Shown here: piece by piece, positions 29,118 to 40,288 of the stretch
Layout: each line of letters starts with the position of its first letter
Position numbering within the stretch: the stretch's first letter is position 1
Assembly (NCBI GenBank): GCA_965197905.1
Contig: CBDAOB010000003.1
Location: 960,001-1,024,000 of the forward strand
Source: Candidatus Latescibacterota bacterium
GTDB lineage: Bacteria > Latescibacterota > UBA2968 > UBA8231
Reading direction: 5' to 3'
Length of the DNA: 64,000 nucleotides
Notes under the pieces: model-generated
Told to the model about the DNA's origin: nothing
What the model saw: the letters and a program-made list of their open reading frames with translations, nothing else
The model's database searches: none
Position numbers and translations under genes: made by a program

Positions 29118-29980
29118 ATGGAGAAGAAATATATGCAACTGTCTCTAAGCGATGACGAAAGCACCGTTCTCTATCTAAACGACATTGCCGCGTCGAAGCC
29201 ACTGTCGCGCCAGCGGGAAGTAGCGCTGGCCGCCCGCATCAAAGAAGGCGACATAAAAGCCCGCGACGAGCTGGTCTGGGCCAACCTGCGCTTTGTCATC
29301 GATGTGGCCACAAAGTACCAGCACCGCGGCCTAGCGCTTCTCGAGTTGATCAGCGCCGGCAATCTGGGGCTGATAACAGCCGCCGAGCGCTTCGACGGCA
29401 CTAAGGGATTCAAGTTCATTTCCTACGCCGTGTGGTGGATCAAACAGTCGATCCTGCAGACCTTAGCGGAGCAGACCCGAACCGTGCGCCTGCCCCAGAA
29501 CAAGGTGGCCCTGCTCCGAAAAATCGCAAGGTATCGCTTCAGCTGGGTCGGGAGCGTGAGGCTGAGCCCGACCTCGAGGGGATTGCGGCGGAGCTGGATA
29601 TGCCGCCCACAGAGGTTTTGGAGACCATGCGGAGTGCGCGTGCGGTGCTCTCGCTGGACTACACCTTTGAAGAAGACGACGATTACAGTCTGCTTACTCG
29701 TCTGGTTGACTCCAGCCAGAAAGCCCCTGACGCCGAGGTCGCGTGCGCTTCGTCTAGGAACCAAGTAGCGGAGATGCTCAACAGCCTCGATGAGCGCGAG
29801 CGGCGAATTATCCAGCTCTACTTCGGGTTGGAGGGGCACGAGACCTTGGGCCTAGAACAAATCGGGGTCTTGATGGGCGTCACGCGCGAGCGGATACGCC
29901 AGATCAAAGAAAAGGCATTTAACAAACTCCGGCGTCCACGATTTGCTCAGGCGCTGCAGGACTCGGTGCAGGAGGTCTAG
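29118..29980 (+). pseudogene. Short sigma-70 family (RpoD/RpoS-like) sigma factor, frameshifted near 29527
   Basis: Region 2 ANLRFV...KFISYAVWWIKQ in one frame; regions 3-4 VTRERIRQIKEKA in another. Confidence 0.85.
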
Positions 29981-30042
29981 TACAGCGGAACCCGGATTTC
30001 AAGGTTACCTTATTGGATAATCTGCTTTAAAAGGAAGAAATC

Positions 30043-30939
30043 ATGTCGTTTGCTTTTCCCATCTTGATCCTCTTGGGGATCGTCCTCCTCCTGGTCCTGT
30101 TCACCTACTTCGTGCCCATCGGCCTGTGGATCACCGCCTTCTTCGCCGGGGTGCGGGTCCACATCTTCAAGGACCTGGTGGGCATGCGCCTGCGCAAAGT
30201 GCCGCCCACCGCCATCGTGCGGCCCAAGATCGCCGCCACCAAAGCGGGACTGGACGTGGACTTGGAACGAATGGAAGCCCACTTCCTGGCCGGCGGCCGT
30301 GTTGAGTCGGTGATCCTGGCACTGATCTCGGCCGACAAGGCCAACATCGCTTTAAGTTTTGAGCAGGCCACTGCCATCGACTTAGCCGGCCGCGACGTCC
30401 TGGAGGCGGTCCGGGTCAGCGTCAATCCAAAGGTCATCAACACCCCCTTGATCGCCGCCGTGGCCAAGGACGGCATTCAGCTGAAGGCGACGTGCCGAGT
30501 GACCGTACGGGCCAACATCGACCGGCTGGTAGGCGGCGCCGGCGAGGAGACTATCCTCGCCCGCGTGGCCGAGGGCATTGTGACGACCATTGGCTCATCG
30601 ACGACACACAAGGCGGTGTTGGCGAATCCAGATAGTATCTCAAAGACGGTGCTAGATAAGGGCCTGGACTCGGGCACCGCCTTCGAGATTCTGTCGATTG
30701 ACATTGCCGATGTGGATGTAGGCGAGAATATTGGCGCCAGTTTGCAGACTGCTCAGGCTGAAGCGGATCTGAAAATAGCGCGCGCAAAAGCCGAGGAGCG
30801 GCGGGCGATGGCACAGGCACGGGAGCAGGAGATGACGGCTCTGGTAGTGGAGATGAGCGCGCGCGTCCGAGAGGCGGAGGCCGAAGTGCCGCGGGCTTTA
30901 GCCGAATCCTTTCGCAGCGGCAATTTAGGGCAACTCTAA
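30043..30939 (+). CDS. floA: Flotillin-like protein FloA (YqfA), C-terminally shortened
   Basis: [59 protein letters not shown]. Confidence 0.9.
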   Translation: MSFAFPILILLGIVLLLVLFTYFVPIGLWITAFFAGVRVHIFKDLVGMRLRKVPPTAIVRPKIAATKAGLDVDLERMEAHFLAGGRVESVILALISADKANIALSFEQATAIDLAGRDVLEAVRVSVNPKVINTPLIAAVAKDGIQLKATCRVTVRANIDRLVGGAGEETILARVAEGIVTTIGSSTTHKAVLANPDSISKTVLDKGLDSGTAFEILSIDIADVDVGENIGASLQTAQAEADLKIARAKAEERRAMAQAREQEMTALVVEMSARVREAEAEVPRALAESFRSGNLGQL

Positions 30940-31054
30940 AGAGCGCTATTCCTCAACGACCGTCCCAGCAAAGTGATCGATTCGGACGAAAGCAACACAG
31001 TCTTCGAACACCTAAGGAATCGATACGCGACGCTAGTCTCGAAGATGATTTTGA

Positions 31055-31465
31055 TCAGATCCAACCCCGCTTGTTCAGCGTCTCCGCAGCGGCGTCTTTG
31101 TGGAGCTTCGATAGACGCTGGGTGGCAAGCACCGCCGAAAACCCTCTCTTCCTACCCCTAGTACACAGATCGATCACCACCATACACGGGTGCCACAGCG
31201 ATTTCGGGTCGTCCATCAGTGCCTTGAGGAACAGCCGCGCGAATCGCACGGGCTCTCCGTTCTTGAGCTCGTAGAGATCGACAATCGCAGATGCGTGGAG
31301 CTCCAGGATCCGTCGCGCCATGCTGCCGGCGACCTTTGGATTCACGTCGATGTCGCCGTCCTTGGCCGCCAGGACATAGTCGCATTTTTCACACAGGGTG
31401 GAAAAGTCGCCTTCGATATCCAGGATGATCTGCTGGATCTTGCCGTGCGTCTGTAGAAATCGTCG
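31055..31465 (-). pseudogene. Fragment of a phage-type HerA/DUF87-like ATPase
   Basis: RRFLQTHGKIQQIILDIEGDFSTL...LWHPCMVVID|LCTRGRKRGFSAVLATQRLSKLHKDAAAE; no Walker A, Walker B glutamate absent. Confidence 0.7.
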
Positions 31466-31575
31466 TGATACTCTATAATCCTCAACATTGCAGAACCCGC
31501 TACCCTTTACCTAAGTTGAGGTTTCTAACGGATTTGTAAGATCTGGAAAACCGTGGAGGCTTGCAACCTAACCCA

Positions 31576-32385
31576 ATGCACAGTGAAAAATGCGTGCAGC
31601 TCGACCGCGATGGCTATGTGTTGGTCGAGAACGTATTGCAGGGCGACGATCTCGCACAGCTTCAAGAGACCTGTTACCGAGTCGAACAAGATACGCGAGC
31701 CGACTGGTACGAGAGTATATCCGGTGATCTCGGCTTCAAACCTTACGGCCTGGGGCAAGACGCCCAGGTCGTGTTTCCCATCATCGATCATGACGACTTG
31801 TTCGTGGATCTGCTGGAGCATCCGGTGACGACCGGCATCACACAGCGGATTCAGGGGCCGGATATTATGATGGTGGACAATGCGCTGCACGTGAAGCCGG
31901 CAGGAACACCGGCACATACTAGCTGGCATAGAGACAACGCGATGTGGCAATACGACAACGGTGGTTGGGATGAAGCCAGCAAAAGGCGATGGGAAGAGAT
32001 ACGCGCCTGTGACGTGCCGCATTTCAAGCTCAAGGTTTTTTTCATTGTAGATGATATCGGCTATGACACCGCGCCGTTTAGTGTTGTTCCGGGCAGCCAC
32101 CGATTTTCAGAAGCACCGGATAGGAGCAGACCTCTCGATGCGATGCCCGATCACCTGCGCATTACCGGCCCGGCAGGCAGTGCCATCATCTGGAACGGAT
32201 CCCTATGGCACACGGCGATGGACAACACCGATACCAGGGCGCGGCGGATGCTACTGTACAATTACACGCACTTTGGCTCAGGCCAGCGGGAGCAGTACAT
32301 ATTGCACGGAGAGTTTCGTGAACGTATGCGTCGCGAGCGATCGCCTTTTTGCCGGCAAGTGCTCGGTATCGACCCCATGCGCTAA
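31576..32385 (+). CDS. PhyH-family dioxygenase
   Basis: WHRD, VVPGSH, GPAGSAIIWNGSLWH. Confidence 0.88.
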   Translation: MHSEKCVQLDRDGYVLVENVLQGDDLAQLQETCYRVEQDTRADWYESISGDLGFKPYGLGQDAQVVFPIIDHDDLFVDLLEHPVTTGITQRIQGPDIMMVDNALHVKPAGTPAHTSWHRDNAMWQYDNGGWDEASKRRWEEIRACDVPHFKLKVFFIVDDIGYDTAPFSVVPGSHRFSEAPDRSRPLDAMPDHLRITGPAGSAIIWNGSLWHTAMDNTDTRARRMLLYNYTHFGSGQREQYILHGEFRERMRRERSPFCRQVLGIDPMR

Positions 32386-32465
32386 GAGCCCCGCTGGGGA
32401 TGGATTCTTTGACAACCGCGATAGTCTACGATGTGGGGTTGGCAATACAGCTATCCGACTATTAG

Positions 32466-33182
32466 ATGTCCCTGATAATCGTAATTGGTCGCGGCCATTC
32501 CGGTACGCGCGCCATCTCCCATACCCTCTACGCCAGCGGCGTCTATATGGGCAGGCTCCTGAATCGTTCCGGCGACAAGGTGCCGCCCGACGCCTTGTAC
32601 GACGCCTGCAGACTCATGGCCAAGCAGGTGAACTGGCTGGGCGGACTTTCCTGGGACTTCTCCGAGCTCAACAAGGGACAGATCGATCCGGAATTCGACA
32701 GGCTCATAGACCGTTACTTGCAGGACATCCTGGGCGATTCATCCGAGCAGAAGGGGTGGAAGATTCCAGAAACAACACTGGTCTATCCCTGGATCGCGCG
32801 AAGGTTCCCCGAGGCGAGATATATCCACTGGATTCGCGATCCCCGCGACAGCATCATCGGGCCGCACAACACCGATGATCTCGGGGAATTTGGAATACGG
32901 TATCCCGCAACCGACGATGTTCGCGAGCGACGGGCCATTTCGTGGTACTATCAGTATCAGATTGTGAAGGCGACGCCCGATCCCAAAAACCTCATCACTA
33001 TCCGCTTCGAAGATTTCGTAGCAAAGCAGGAAGAGACACTAGAGCGACTGGAGTCGTTCCTGGGAATTTCGCTGGCTCGCATTGTCGTCCGTCGCGAACC
33101 GGTGGGACGCTGGAGGACGGACCACGAGCAGCATTACTTCGATTTCTTCGAAGCGGCGATGGCTGAACAGGGTTATGCCTAG
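32466..33182 (+). CDS. Sulfotransferase family protein
   Basis: GRGHSGT 5'-PSB loop, GWKIP, RDPRDS, IRFEDF. Confidence 0.85.
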   Translation: MSLIIVIGRGHSGTRAISHTLYASGVYMGRLLNRSGDKVPPDALYDACRLMAKQVNWLGGLSWDFSELNKGQIDPEFDRLIDRYLQDILGDSSEQKGWKIPETTLVYPWIARRFPEARYIHWIRDPRDSIIGPHNTDDLGEFGIRYPATDDVRERRAISWYYQYQIVKATPDPKNLITIRFEDFVAKQEETLERLESFLGISLARIVVRREPVGRWRTDHEQHYFDFFEAAMAEQGYA

Positions 33183-33232
33183 GCGCACCAGGAATTGGCA
33201 GGTTTGATCGCCGGAAGAGGAGATCACTAGCC

Positions 33233-33998
33233 GTGATTGAAGAGGAGATCTACGAGTTCGACCTAACCGGTTACATCGTTTACCCCGATCTCATCACACC
33301 TGACGATGTCGATCGCATGAACGATATTATCGATGCCAATCTCACCGATCAGATGAATCCCGGCCATTTCGGCTTTTTCCCCGGCGACGGAGCCAGATCG
33401 GATACCTGTTTCCTGGAGCTGATGGCCCATCCACGCACGCTGCAGATCATACGTGTGATGCTTGGGGACTGGCTGCGGCTCGACCATGCTTATGCCATCC
33501 AGATGGCGAAAGATTCCGACGTCCACGAGAATCTGCATGGAGGTTTGCGGGAGAATCAGGGTGAACACCAGTATCAGTGGGTTTACAACACGATGTATAA
33601 CGGGCTGATCGTTGTCATGTACGCGCTCGGGGGATGTAAATCCCGGAGACGGCGGGTTCATCTGTGTGCCTGGAAGCCACAAGGCAAACATCAACTCCTA
33701 CAAACCTTCGGTCTACTCGCACCTTGTGGCCAACCCCAGCCTCAATGCTGGCGACATGCTGATTTTCACCGAAGCCCTAGTCCACGGTACCCGGAAATGG
33801 ACCTCTGACAACAAGCGACGGTCGCTTCTTTACAAATACTCACCCGGATATTCTACGTGGGGAGATCCCGGAAAGTTGGAGCGTTCGAGGGAATTGGCCC
33901 AGAACGATCTGCAGCGAGCCCTCCTGCGTCCGCCGTACGTGGGAGAACGCACCCCTCTCGAATTCCCCGAAGTACCCGACACCTGGAAGCTGAGCTAG
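33233..33998 (+). pseudogene. PhyH-family dioxygenase, frameshift in G5 run at 33629-33633
   Basis: N-half LRLDH...LHGG; C-half DGGFICVPGSHK...EALVHGT in a different frame. Confidence 0.8.
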
Positions 33999-34029
33999 CG
34001 AAAAACGCACGTCTGCAACAGAGTGTTAT

Positions 34030-35022
34030 TCACGCCGATCCCAATGCCGGCCACGGCACCGGAACATCCAAAGGCCTGGCGATTTCTTCCAGCAGACGGC
34101 AGGTCTCTTTCGCGAGCGGAATCCCCTCCCGCTGATACATTTCCTGTCTTTCGGCCTCGAGCATGCCGGGCAGCATGGCTCGATCACTCCCGGGCATGGG
34201 CCGCATCTGCGTGCAGATCTCCGAGATAAACCGATCCACGATCCCGCCAAACGTGGAGGCAGAGGTGAAATGGCCCACATCGATGGCCAGCACGAACGCG
34301 CCGATGCCGGCCGCGGGCCAGGCGGGCGATGGCTCCTCTGTATACCTCTGCATCTGACCGCTGAGACCATCCCCAAGGAGCTTGGCCACAACGGTGAATC
34401 CCAGGCTCATGAAGAATGCGGACGGGACCTGGTCAAAGAGGTCCAGATCTTTCTCCCGGAACAGGTTGGCGCAGCCGTCGACGATAATGGGCGGCCGCTC
34501 GCCGGCAGGGATCGCAAAGCTGATGGGACGCGATCCCCATAGGGCGATCGGCACATCGGGGAAATCAAATCCCGAGACCAACCCTTGTACGGAAAAGCCG
34601 ACACAACCGGCCTCTGCGCACATATGGGTATAATGGCTGGCAGAGCCGTAGTGCCCGATATGATGCAGTGAACCGACTGCCACGCCGCAATCCCGCGCCT
34701 TCGAGATTATCTTCTCCGTCACGTGTGCGGTCGGGAGATAGCCCAGACCGCCGTCGCCGTTGACGACCAAATGCGCTTGCTCCTCGCGCACGACCTGTAT
34801 GTCAGGCGTCGGGTTGATCGAACCCTCCTGTAAATTTTGAACGTAACGTTCGATCTGCGGTGCGCCGTGGCTATGAATTCCTCGCAAGTCCGCCCAGGTC
34901 AGACGTCTGGCAATGTGCTCGGCATGTTCATCCGCCAGCCCGCACTTTTTCAGGCAAGTCTCCAGGAACTGCTGGTGGGCCTCCGGTTCGATGCGGAGAA
35001 AATCGTTGGGTGGCTGATTCAT
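34030..35022 (-). CDS. Ldh_2 family (malate/L-lactate/sulfolactate-type) oxidoreductase
   Basis: ADLRGIHSHG, VNGDGGLG, GHYG, PISFAIP. Confidence 0.87.
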   Translation of the reverse strand: MNQPPNDFLRIEPEAHQQFLETCLKKCGLADEHAEHIARRLTWADLRGIHSHGAPQIERYVQNLQEGSINPTPDIQVVREEQAHLVVNGDGGLGYLPTAHVTEKIISKARDCGVAVGSLHHIGHYGSASHYTHMCAEAGCVGFSVQGLVSGFDFPDVPIALWGSRPISFAIPAGERPPIIVDGCANLFREKDLDLFDQVPSAFFMSLGFTVVAKLLGDGLSGQMQRYTEEPSPAWPAAGIGAFVLAIDVGHFTSASTFGGIVDRFISEICTQMRPMPGSDRAMLPGMLEAERQEMYQREGIPLAKETCRLLEEIARPLDVPVPWPALGSA

Positions 35023-35163
35023 GTCGTGCTCCTTTGGCCGTAGGATCGGATGGTGTATACTGTGCGTAGAAACTGCCAAGCTTCAAGGAGCCGCGCCAGC
35101 CCTTTGCGGCTCTGACGAGGGAGGAGAATACGAGCTTGGCTAATGGTGGCTGACGCAGGCTGA

Positions 35164-36435
35164 ATGAGAGAGCTCTTGAAAAACTGGGCGGGCAACCTGG
35201 AGTTCCGTGCCCATAAGCTTCACGCGCCCAAAACCGTAGAGCAGGTCCAGGATCTGGTCAAAAGTCGCGACCATCTGCGGGTGCTCGGTTCACGTCATTC
35301 ATTCAACGACATCGCCGACTCTACACATGATCTGATGTCGCTGGAGCATCTCCGTCAAGACTTCGTTCTGGATAGTGAACGCAACCGGGTAAGCGCCGCT
35401 GCGGCGACCAAGTACGGGCACTTGGCGCAGTTCCTCTTCAGTGAAGGTTATGCGCTGCACAACATGGCTTCTCTGCCGCATATCTCGGTCGCCGGCGCCT
35501 GTGCCACCGCCACCCACGGTTCAGGGGATAACAACGGGAATCTGGCGACGGCGGTATGCGGGTTGGAGTTCGTCACCGCCGCGGGAGAGTTGAAGGTGCT
35601 GACCCGAGACCAGCATGGAGAGCAGTTTCAGGGCGCGGTCGTCTCGCTGGGCGGTCTTGGTGTCGTCACCAGGGTCATGCTCGAGCTCTCGCTGACCTTC
35701 GATGTGGCGCAGTCGATCTACGAAAATCTTCCAGCGGCGAGCCTGCAAAACCACTTCGACGAGATCATGTCCAGTGCCTACAGCGTCAGCCTGTTCACCG
35801 ATTGGCAGCACGACACTATCGATCAAGTCTGGGTAAAGAGAAGGGTTGAAACCGCCGACTCTTCGGAACCGGAGCCCGAACTGTTCGGTGCGACCCTGGC
35901 ACAGCGGGACCTCCATCCGATCGCCAACCTGTCCGCGGAGAACTGCACGAAACAGATGAGCGTCGCCGGTCCGTGGCACGAGCGCTTGCCCCATTTCCGC
36001 ATGGAGTTCACCCCAAGCAGCGGAGCAGAGCTGCAAACGGAATATTTCGTCCCCCGACAACATTCGATTTTGGCATTGCAGGCGGTCGGCAGCTTGCGCC
36101 AGCAGCTGGCGCCCCTGCTGCTGACCTCGGAAATCCGCTCCATCGCCGGCGACGACCTATGGATGAGCCCTTGTTATCACCAGGACTGCATCGCCATCCA
36201 CTTTACCTGGAAACCGAATTGGGCCGAAGTCAGCGAGCTGCTGCCGGAGATCGAGCAGCAGCTCGCGCCGTTTGATGCCCGACCACATTGGGGGAAACTC
36301 TTCACGATGCACCCGGAACGCCTGCAATCGCTCTATGCGAGGTTGCCCGACTTCCGAGAGTTGCTCGGTTATTACGATCCGGAGGGGAAGTTTCGCAACA
36401 ACTTTCTCGAAACCTACGTATTTGGAGGACGGTAA
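35164..36435 (+). CDS. Alditol/xylitol oxidase-like FAD oxidoreductase
   Basis: NWAGN, GSRHSFN, ASLPHIS..GA.ATATHGSG, ARPHWGK. Confidence 0.88.
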   Translation: MRELLKNWAGNLEFRAHKLHAPKTVEQVQDLVKSRDHLRVLGSRHSFNDIADSTHDLMSLEHLRQDFVLDSERNRVSAAAATKYGHLAQFLFSEGYALHNMASLPHISVAGACATATHGSGDNNGNLATAVCGLEFVTAAGELKVLTRDQHGEQFQGAVVSLGGLGVVTRVMLELSLTFDVAQSIYENLPAASLQNHFDEIMSSAYSVSLFTDWQHDTIDQVWVKRRVETADSSEPEPELFGATLAQRDLHPIANLSAENCTKQMSVAGPWHERLPHFRMEFTPSSGAELQTEYFVPRQHSILALQAVGSLRQQLAPLLLTSEIRSIAGDDLWMSPCYHQDCIAIHFTWKPNWAEVSELLPEIEQQLAPFDARPHWGKLFTMHPERLQSLYARLPDFRELLGYYDPEGKFRNNFLETYVFGGR

Positions 36436-36450
36436 GCACCAGCCGCACGC

Positions 36451-37686
36451 ATGCACCCAATCGAGGCCACATCTGACTACGAGCTCTTTTGCCGATCCCG
36501 TCTGGCGGATCCTTATCCCTTCTATCACCGACTCAGAACCGAAGATCCCGTCCATTTCAGCGATACTCTCCAGACGTGGGTGCTCACCACCTACGACGAC
36601 GTCGCCGCGGCTACCCGCGATGCCCGGTTTTCTTCCGATCGAATGCAATTCTACCTGAATCCAATTCCAGCGGAATCTCGCCCAAAACTGGCCTCCCTTT
36701 GTGAGTACATGTCCCGGTGGATGAGCATGAAAGATCCGCCGGATCATACCCGTCTGCGGGGGTTGATCAACAACGCGTTTACTTCGCGGTCGGTTGAAGA
36801 GATGATTCCACGTATTCGGGAGATTTCGCGAAACATGATCGCTGATTTTGGCGAAGGAGGAAGGGTCGACCTGATCGGACAGTTCGCCTATCCGCTGCCT
36901 GCTACCGTGATCTGCGAGATGCTAGGTATCCCTTCTGACGAGCAGACGCAGTTTCGCCAATGGTCCAATGACATCGTTGCCTTTTCAGCGGGCAGCGGTC
37001 TGCTGCTTGAGGAGGTGGCGGCATGCGCGCAGGAAAGCCAGCTGGCATTGGTCGAATACTGCCGTCGAATCATCGATCAGCATCGGCGGCAACCACAGGA
37101 CGATCTGATCAGCCGGCTGATATCGGTTGAACAGGAGGGGACGCAGCTGAACGAGCTCGAGTTGTATGCCATGTGCGTCCAGCTGTTCGTCGCCGGGCAC
37201 GAGACTACCACCAATCTCATCGGAAACGGAGTACTGGCACTCCTGCACCATCCTCGGGATTTCGAGCACCTCCGAACGCACCCCGAACTGCTCGAATCCG
37301 CCGTGGAGGAATTTCTCCGCTACGACAGTCCGGTGCAACGCGCCGGCCGCATCGTCCATGAAGATCTGGAGATACGCGGCAGGCGGATCGAGAAAGGACA
37401 ATCGGTAATGCTGATGTATGGCGCGGCCAATCGGGATCCCGACCAGTTCGCCGATCCCGATCGCCTGATTCTCAGCCGCCAGCCCAACCGACATTCGGCT
37501 TTCGGCCGCGGTCCCCACTTCTGCGTCGGGGCCCCTCTTGCCCGGCTGGAGGCGCAAATCGCTTTCGAAACGATTTTTTCCAGATTGATGGAGATTCGTC
37601 TTTCGGATCGTGAGCTTAGATGGAGACCGAGCATGGCGATGCGGGGGCTGGAGTCCCTAGAGGTTGAGTACTCGCTGCGCAGATGA
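36451..37686 (+). CDS. Cytochrome P450
   Basis: DPPDHTRLR, AGHETT, EFLR, FGRGPHFCVG. Confidence 0.96.
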   Translation: MHPIEATSDYELFCRSRLADPYPFYHRLRTEDPVHFSDTLQTWVLTTYDDVAAATRDARFSSDRMQFYLNPIPAESRPKLASLCEYMSRWMSMKDPPDHTRLRGLINNAFTSRSVEEMIPRIREISRNMIADFGEGGRVDLIGQFAYPLPATVICEMLGIPSDEQTQFRQWSNDIVAFSAGSGLLLEEVAACAQESQLALVEYCRRIIDQHRRQPQDDLISRLISVEQEGTQLNELELYAMCVQLFVAGHETTTNLIGNGVLALLHHPRDFEHLRTHPELLESAVEEFLRYDSPVQRAGRIVHEDLEIRGRRIEKGQSVMLMYGAANRDPDQFADPDRLILSRQPNRHSAFGRGPHFCVGAPLARLEAQIAFETIFSRLMEIRLSDRELRWRPSMAMRGLESLEVEYSLRR

Positions 37687-37837
37687 TATGATTGGTCGTC
37701 TTTGTCGCAGGTGCGGATCCATGGAGTAGTTGTCATACGATACTGCTCAACGACGGGCAGATGCGCGACTCTGTGTCAACGTAACCTGTGCATAATCACC
37801 GCGGCAACACGCAACAAGGCGAAAGAAGGAGTTGAGA

Positions 37838-38254
37838 ATGGCCGCCAGCACTCACGGAACCGACGAGTCCTCCACATCGTTCAGATCGGCGATTCCGATA
37901 CTGAACGTGAAAAGTGTGGAGGCGAGCATCGAGCACTACACATCGGTTCTCGGTTTCAAGAAGGACTGGGACTGGCCTGATGAAGAGGAGATCAAGACCT
38001 TTGCCTCTATTTCGAACGGCAAGGCGAACCTTTTCCTTGCCAAAGAGTCACAAGGGGTTCGACCGGTCTGGATCTACTACGATGTCGGCGACATCGACCG
38101 GCTGCTCCAAGAGTACCAACAGGCAGGGGCGACCATAAAGAAGCTGCCCGAAGACAGACCATGGGGCATGCGTGAGATGCTCGTGGAAGACCTGGACGGC
38201 CACGTGCTGCGGATAGGCGGTTCTACCGAGGAGCACCATGAAGATGGGAAATAG
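37838..38254 (+). CDS. VOC/glyoxalase-bleomycin resistance family protein
   Basis: PEDRPWGMREM.VEDLDGH. Confidence 0.85.
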   Translation: MAASTHGTDESSTSFRSAIPILNVKSVEASIEHYTSVLGFKKDWDWPDEEEIKTFASISNGKANLFLAKESQGVRPVWIYYDVGDIDRLLQEYQQAGATIKKLPEDRPWGMREMLVEDLDGHVLRIGGSTEEHHEDGK

Positions 38255-38283
38255 GTGCCTATCGTTCGGGAGGCGAATCTGAG

Positions 38284-38967
38284 ATGGCCGCTCCCGACCT
38301 GCAACAGGCGCTCGAGGATGCGTTTGCGGAGGCGCGCCGTCGCTACCAGGAACGCGGCTTCCAGCGGCGCGTGGGCTTTGGCAAAAAGCCGGCCATGATC
38401 AACGTCGATCTGGCCAATGCCTGGACCCGCCCCGGAAATCCCTTTACTTGCGAGAACGTCGACGAACAGATAATACCGAGCGTCCGGCGCCTTTTGGATG
38501 CCTTTCGCAGCAACAAGCATTTGGTGGTTTTCGCGACCACCTGCTATCAGAATACCGATCGCAACGATCCTCATACTGACATGGGGCTGTGGCATCACAA
38601 GATCCCCTTAGAGGCTGTTCCCCAGAACCAGCCGGAGCTTTGGGCCATAGATGATCGCATTGCGCCCATCGATGGCGAGCCGATCGTAATTAAAAAACAT
38701 GCCAGCGCTTTTCATGGAACCTTCCTGGCGGGGTTTCTAAGAGCAGCCGGTGTCGACACCATTCTGGTGACCGGGGTTACCGCCTGCGCCTGCGTGCGTC
38801 AGACCGTCTGCGACGGCCTGGCCGAAGGTTTTCGCCCTATCGCAGTCAAGGAGTGCATCGGGGATCGCGTACCAGGCGCGGTGGAATGGAATCTATTCGA
38901 CATCGACGCGAAATTCGGCGACGTCGAATCTTTGGAACACTGTATCGAGTTTCTCGATCGGCTATGA
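38284..38967 (+). CDS. Isochorismatase-family cysteine amidohydrolase (N-carbamoylsarcosine/maleamate amidase-like)
   Basis: VD, KKHASAFHGT, GVTACACVRQT, DAKFGDV. Confidence 0.87.
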   Translation: MAAPDLQQALEDAFAEARRRYQERGFQRRVGFGKKPAMINVDLANAWTRPGNPFTCENVDEQIIPSVRRLLDAFRSNKHLVVFATTCYQNTDRNDPHTDMGLWHHKIPLEAVPQNQPELWAIDDRIAPIDGEPIVIKKHASAFHGTFLAGFLRAAGVDTILVTGVTACACVRQTVCDGLAEGFRPIAVKECIGDRVPGAVEWNLFDIDAKFGDVESLEHCIEFLDRL

Positions 38968-38980
38968 GACGATCTCAGCA

Positions 38981-39865
38981 GTGAAAACCTACACCTACAA
39001 GCAGGTCGACGGGCTGGCGATAAGAGCGAACGTCTACGAGCCCGAAAGGTCGAAGGCAGGTTCGGTGGTGGTGTGGATTCATGGCGGCGCGCTGATTATG
39101 GGCTACCGCGACGGCATGATCGACGAATTGCGCACCGGACTCTTGGATGCCGGTTGCGTCGTCGTATCTATTGACTATAGGCTGGCTCCCGAATCAAAGC
39201 TGCCAGAGATCATCGCGGACGTGGAAGATGCGTTCGCCTGGATCCGGGAGGCAGGTCCAGGCCTGTTTGGCGCCGATCCAACCCGCATGGCGGTAATCGG
39301 AGGCTCTGCCGGCGGGTATCTGACGCTCCTGACCGGGTATCGCGTTCAGCCACGACCGGCAGCGCTGGTCTCCCTGTATGGATACGGTGACCTGATCGGC
39401 CCGTGGTATAGTGAATCGAGCCCCCACTCGCGGCACCACCAGATAAGAATGAGCCGTGAAGAGGCATTTCGACAGGTGAGTGGACAACCGATTTCTGATT
39501 CACGAGATCGGTCGGGTGACGGGTCGGCATTTTATCAGTTTCTACGACAGAACGGTCTGTGGCCCAAGGCGGTCTCCGGTTGGGACCCTCGCAGCGAATG
39601 CGAAAAGTTCGCACCCTTCATGCCGCTCGAAAACGTAACGTCGGATTACCCACCTACGCTGCTCATTCATGGCACCGCGGATACCGACGTGCCGTACGAA
39701 CAGTCGATCCTGATGGCAAAGGCGTTCGAAATACATGGAGTTGAACACCGATTGATCACCCTGGAAGGCGTGGAACATGGCTTGGCGGGCGCCGGGGACG
39801 AACAAAAAACTGAGGTGTACGGTGCAGCCGTCGCGTTTCTCGCAGAAGAGCTCAAAGGAAAATGA
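38981..39865 (+). CDS. Alpha/beta hydrolase (HSL-like esterase)
   Basis: HGGA, DYRLAP, GGSAGG, HGTADTDVP. Confidence 0.9.
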   Translation: MKTYTYKQVDGLAIRANVYEPERSKAGSVVVWIHGGALIMGYRDGMIDELRTGLLDAGCVVVSIDYRLAPESKLPEIIADVEDAFAWIREAGPGLFGADPTRMAVIGGSAGGYLTLLTGYRVQPRPAALVSLYGYGDLIGPWYSESSPHSRHHQIRMSREEAFRQVSGQPISDSRDRSGDGSAFYQFLRQNGLWPKAVSGWDPRSECEKFAPFMPLENVTSDYPPTLLIHGTADTDVPYEQSILMAKAFEIHGVEHRLITLEGVEHGLAGAGDEQKTEVYGAAVAFLAEELKGK

Positions 39866-39878
39866 AGAACGGAGGACC

Positions 39879-40265
39879 ATGGCGATACGAATCGTAAGAC
39901 TCGGAACTCCGAGGGCAAAAGGCGAGGGGCTTCGCATCGGCACCGTCAGGCGGCCTCCCCGCGGTATCAAGAAGGCGGATTATGCGGCCAAGGACATTTT
40001 TGACGTGTGGTTCCCCAACCTTTCGCCCAGCGAGGCCTTGCTGAAGGAGGCCTCGCCCCTAATAGAGGGGAATCCATGGAAGGTTTTTGAGCGAAGGTTT
40101 CTGGCGGAGATGAAGTCGCCCGAAGCGAAAAGAGAGCTGGAACTTCTGGCGGCTCTTTCCCACCAAACCAACTTCGCACTCGGTTGCTACTGTGAAGACG
40201 AATCTCGATGCCACCGGTCTATATTGCGGACGTCGCTAGAAAAATTGGGAGCCGACCTCAAATAG
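39879..40265 (+). CDS. DUF488 family protein
   Basis: GTVRRPPRGI, WFPNLSPS, CYCEDESRCHRS. Confidence 0.85.
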   Translation: MAIRIVRLGTPRAKGEGLRIGTVRRPPRGIKKADYAAKDIFDVWFPNLSPSEALLKEASPLIEGNPWKVFERRFLAEMKSPEAKRELELLAALSHQTNFALGCYCEDESRCHRSILRTSLEKLGADLK

Positions 40266-40288
40266 GGAGCGCACAAACGGGGGATAAT

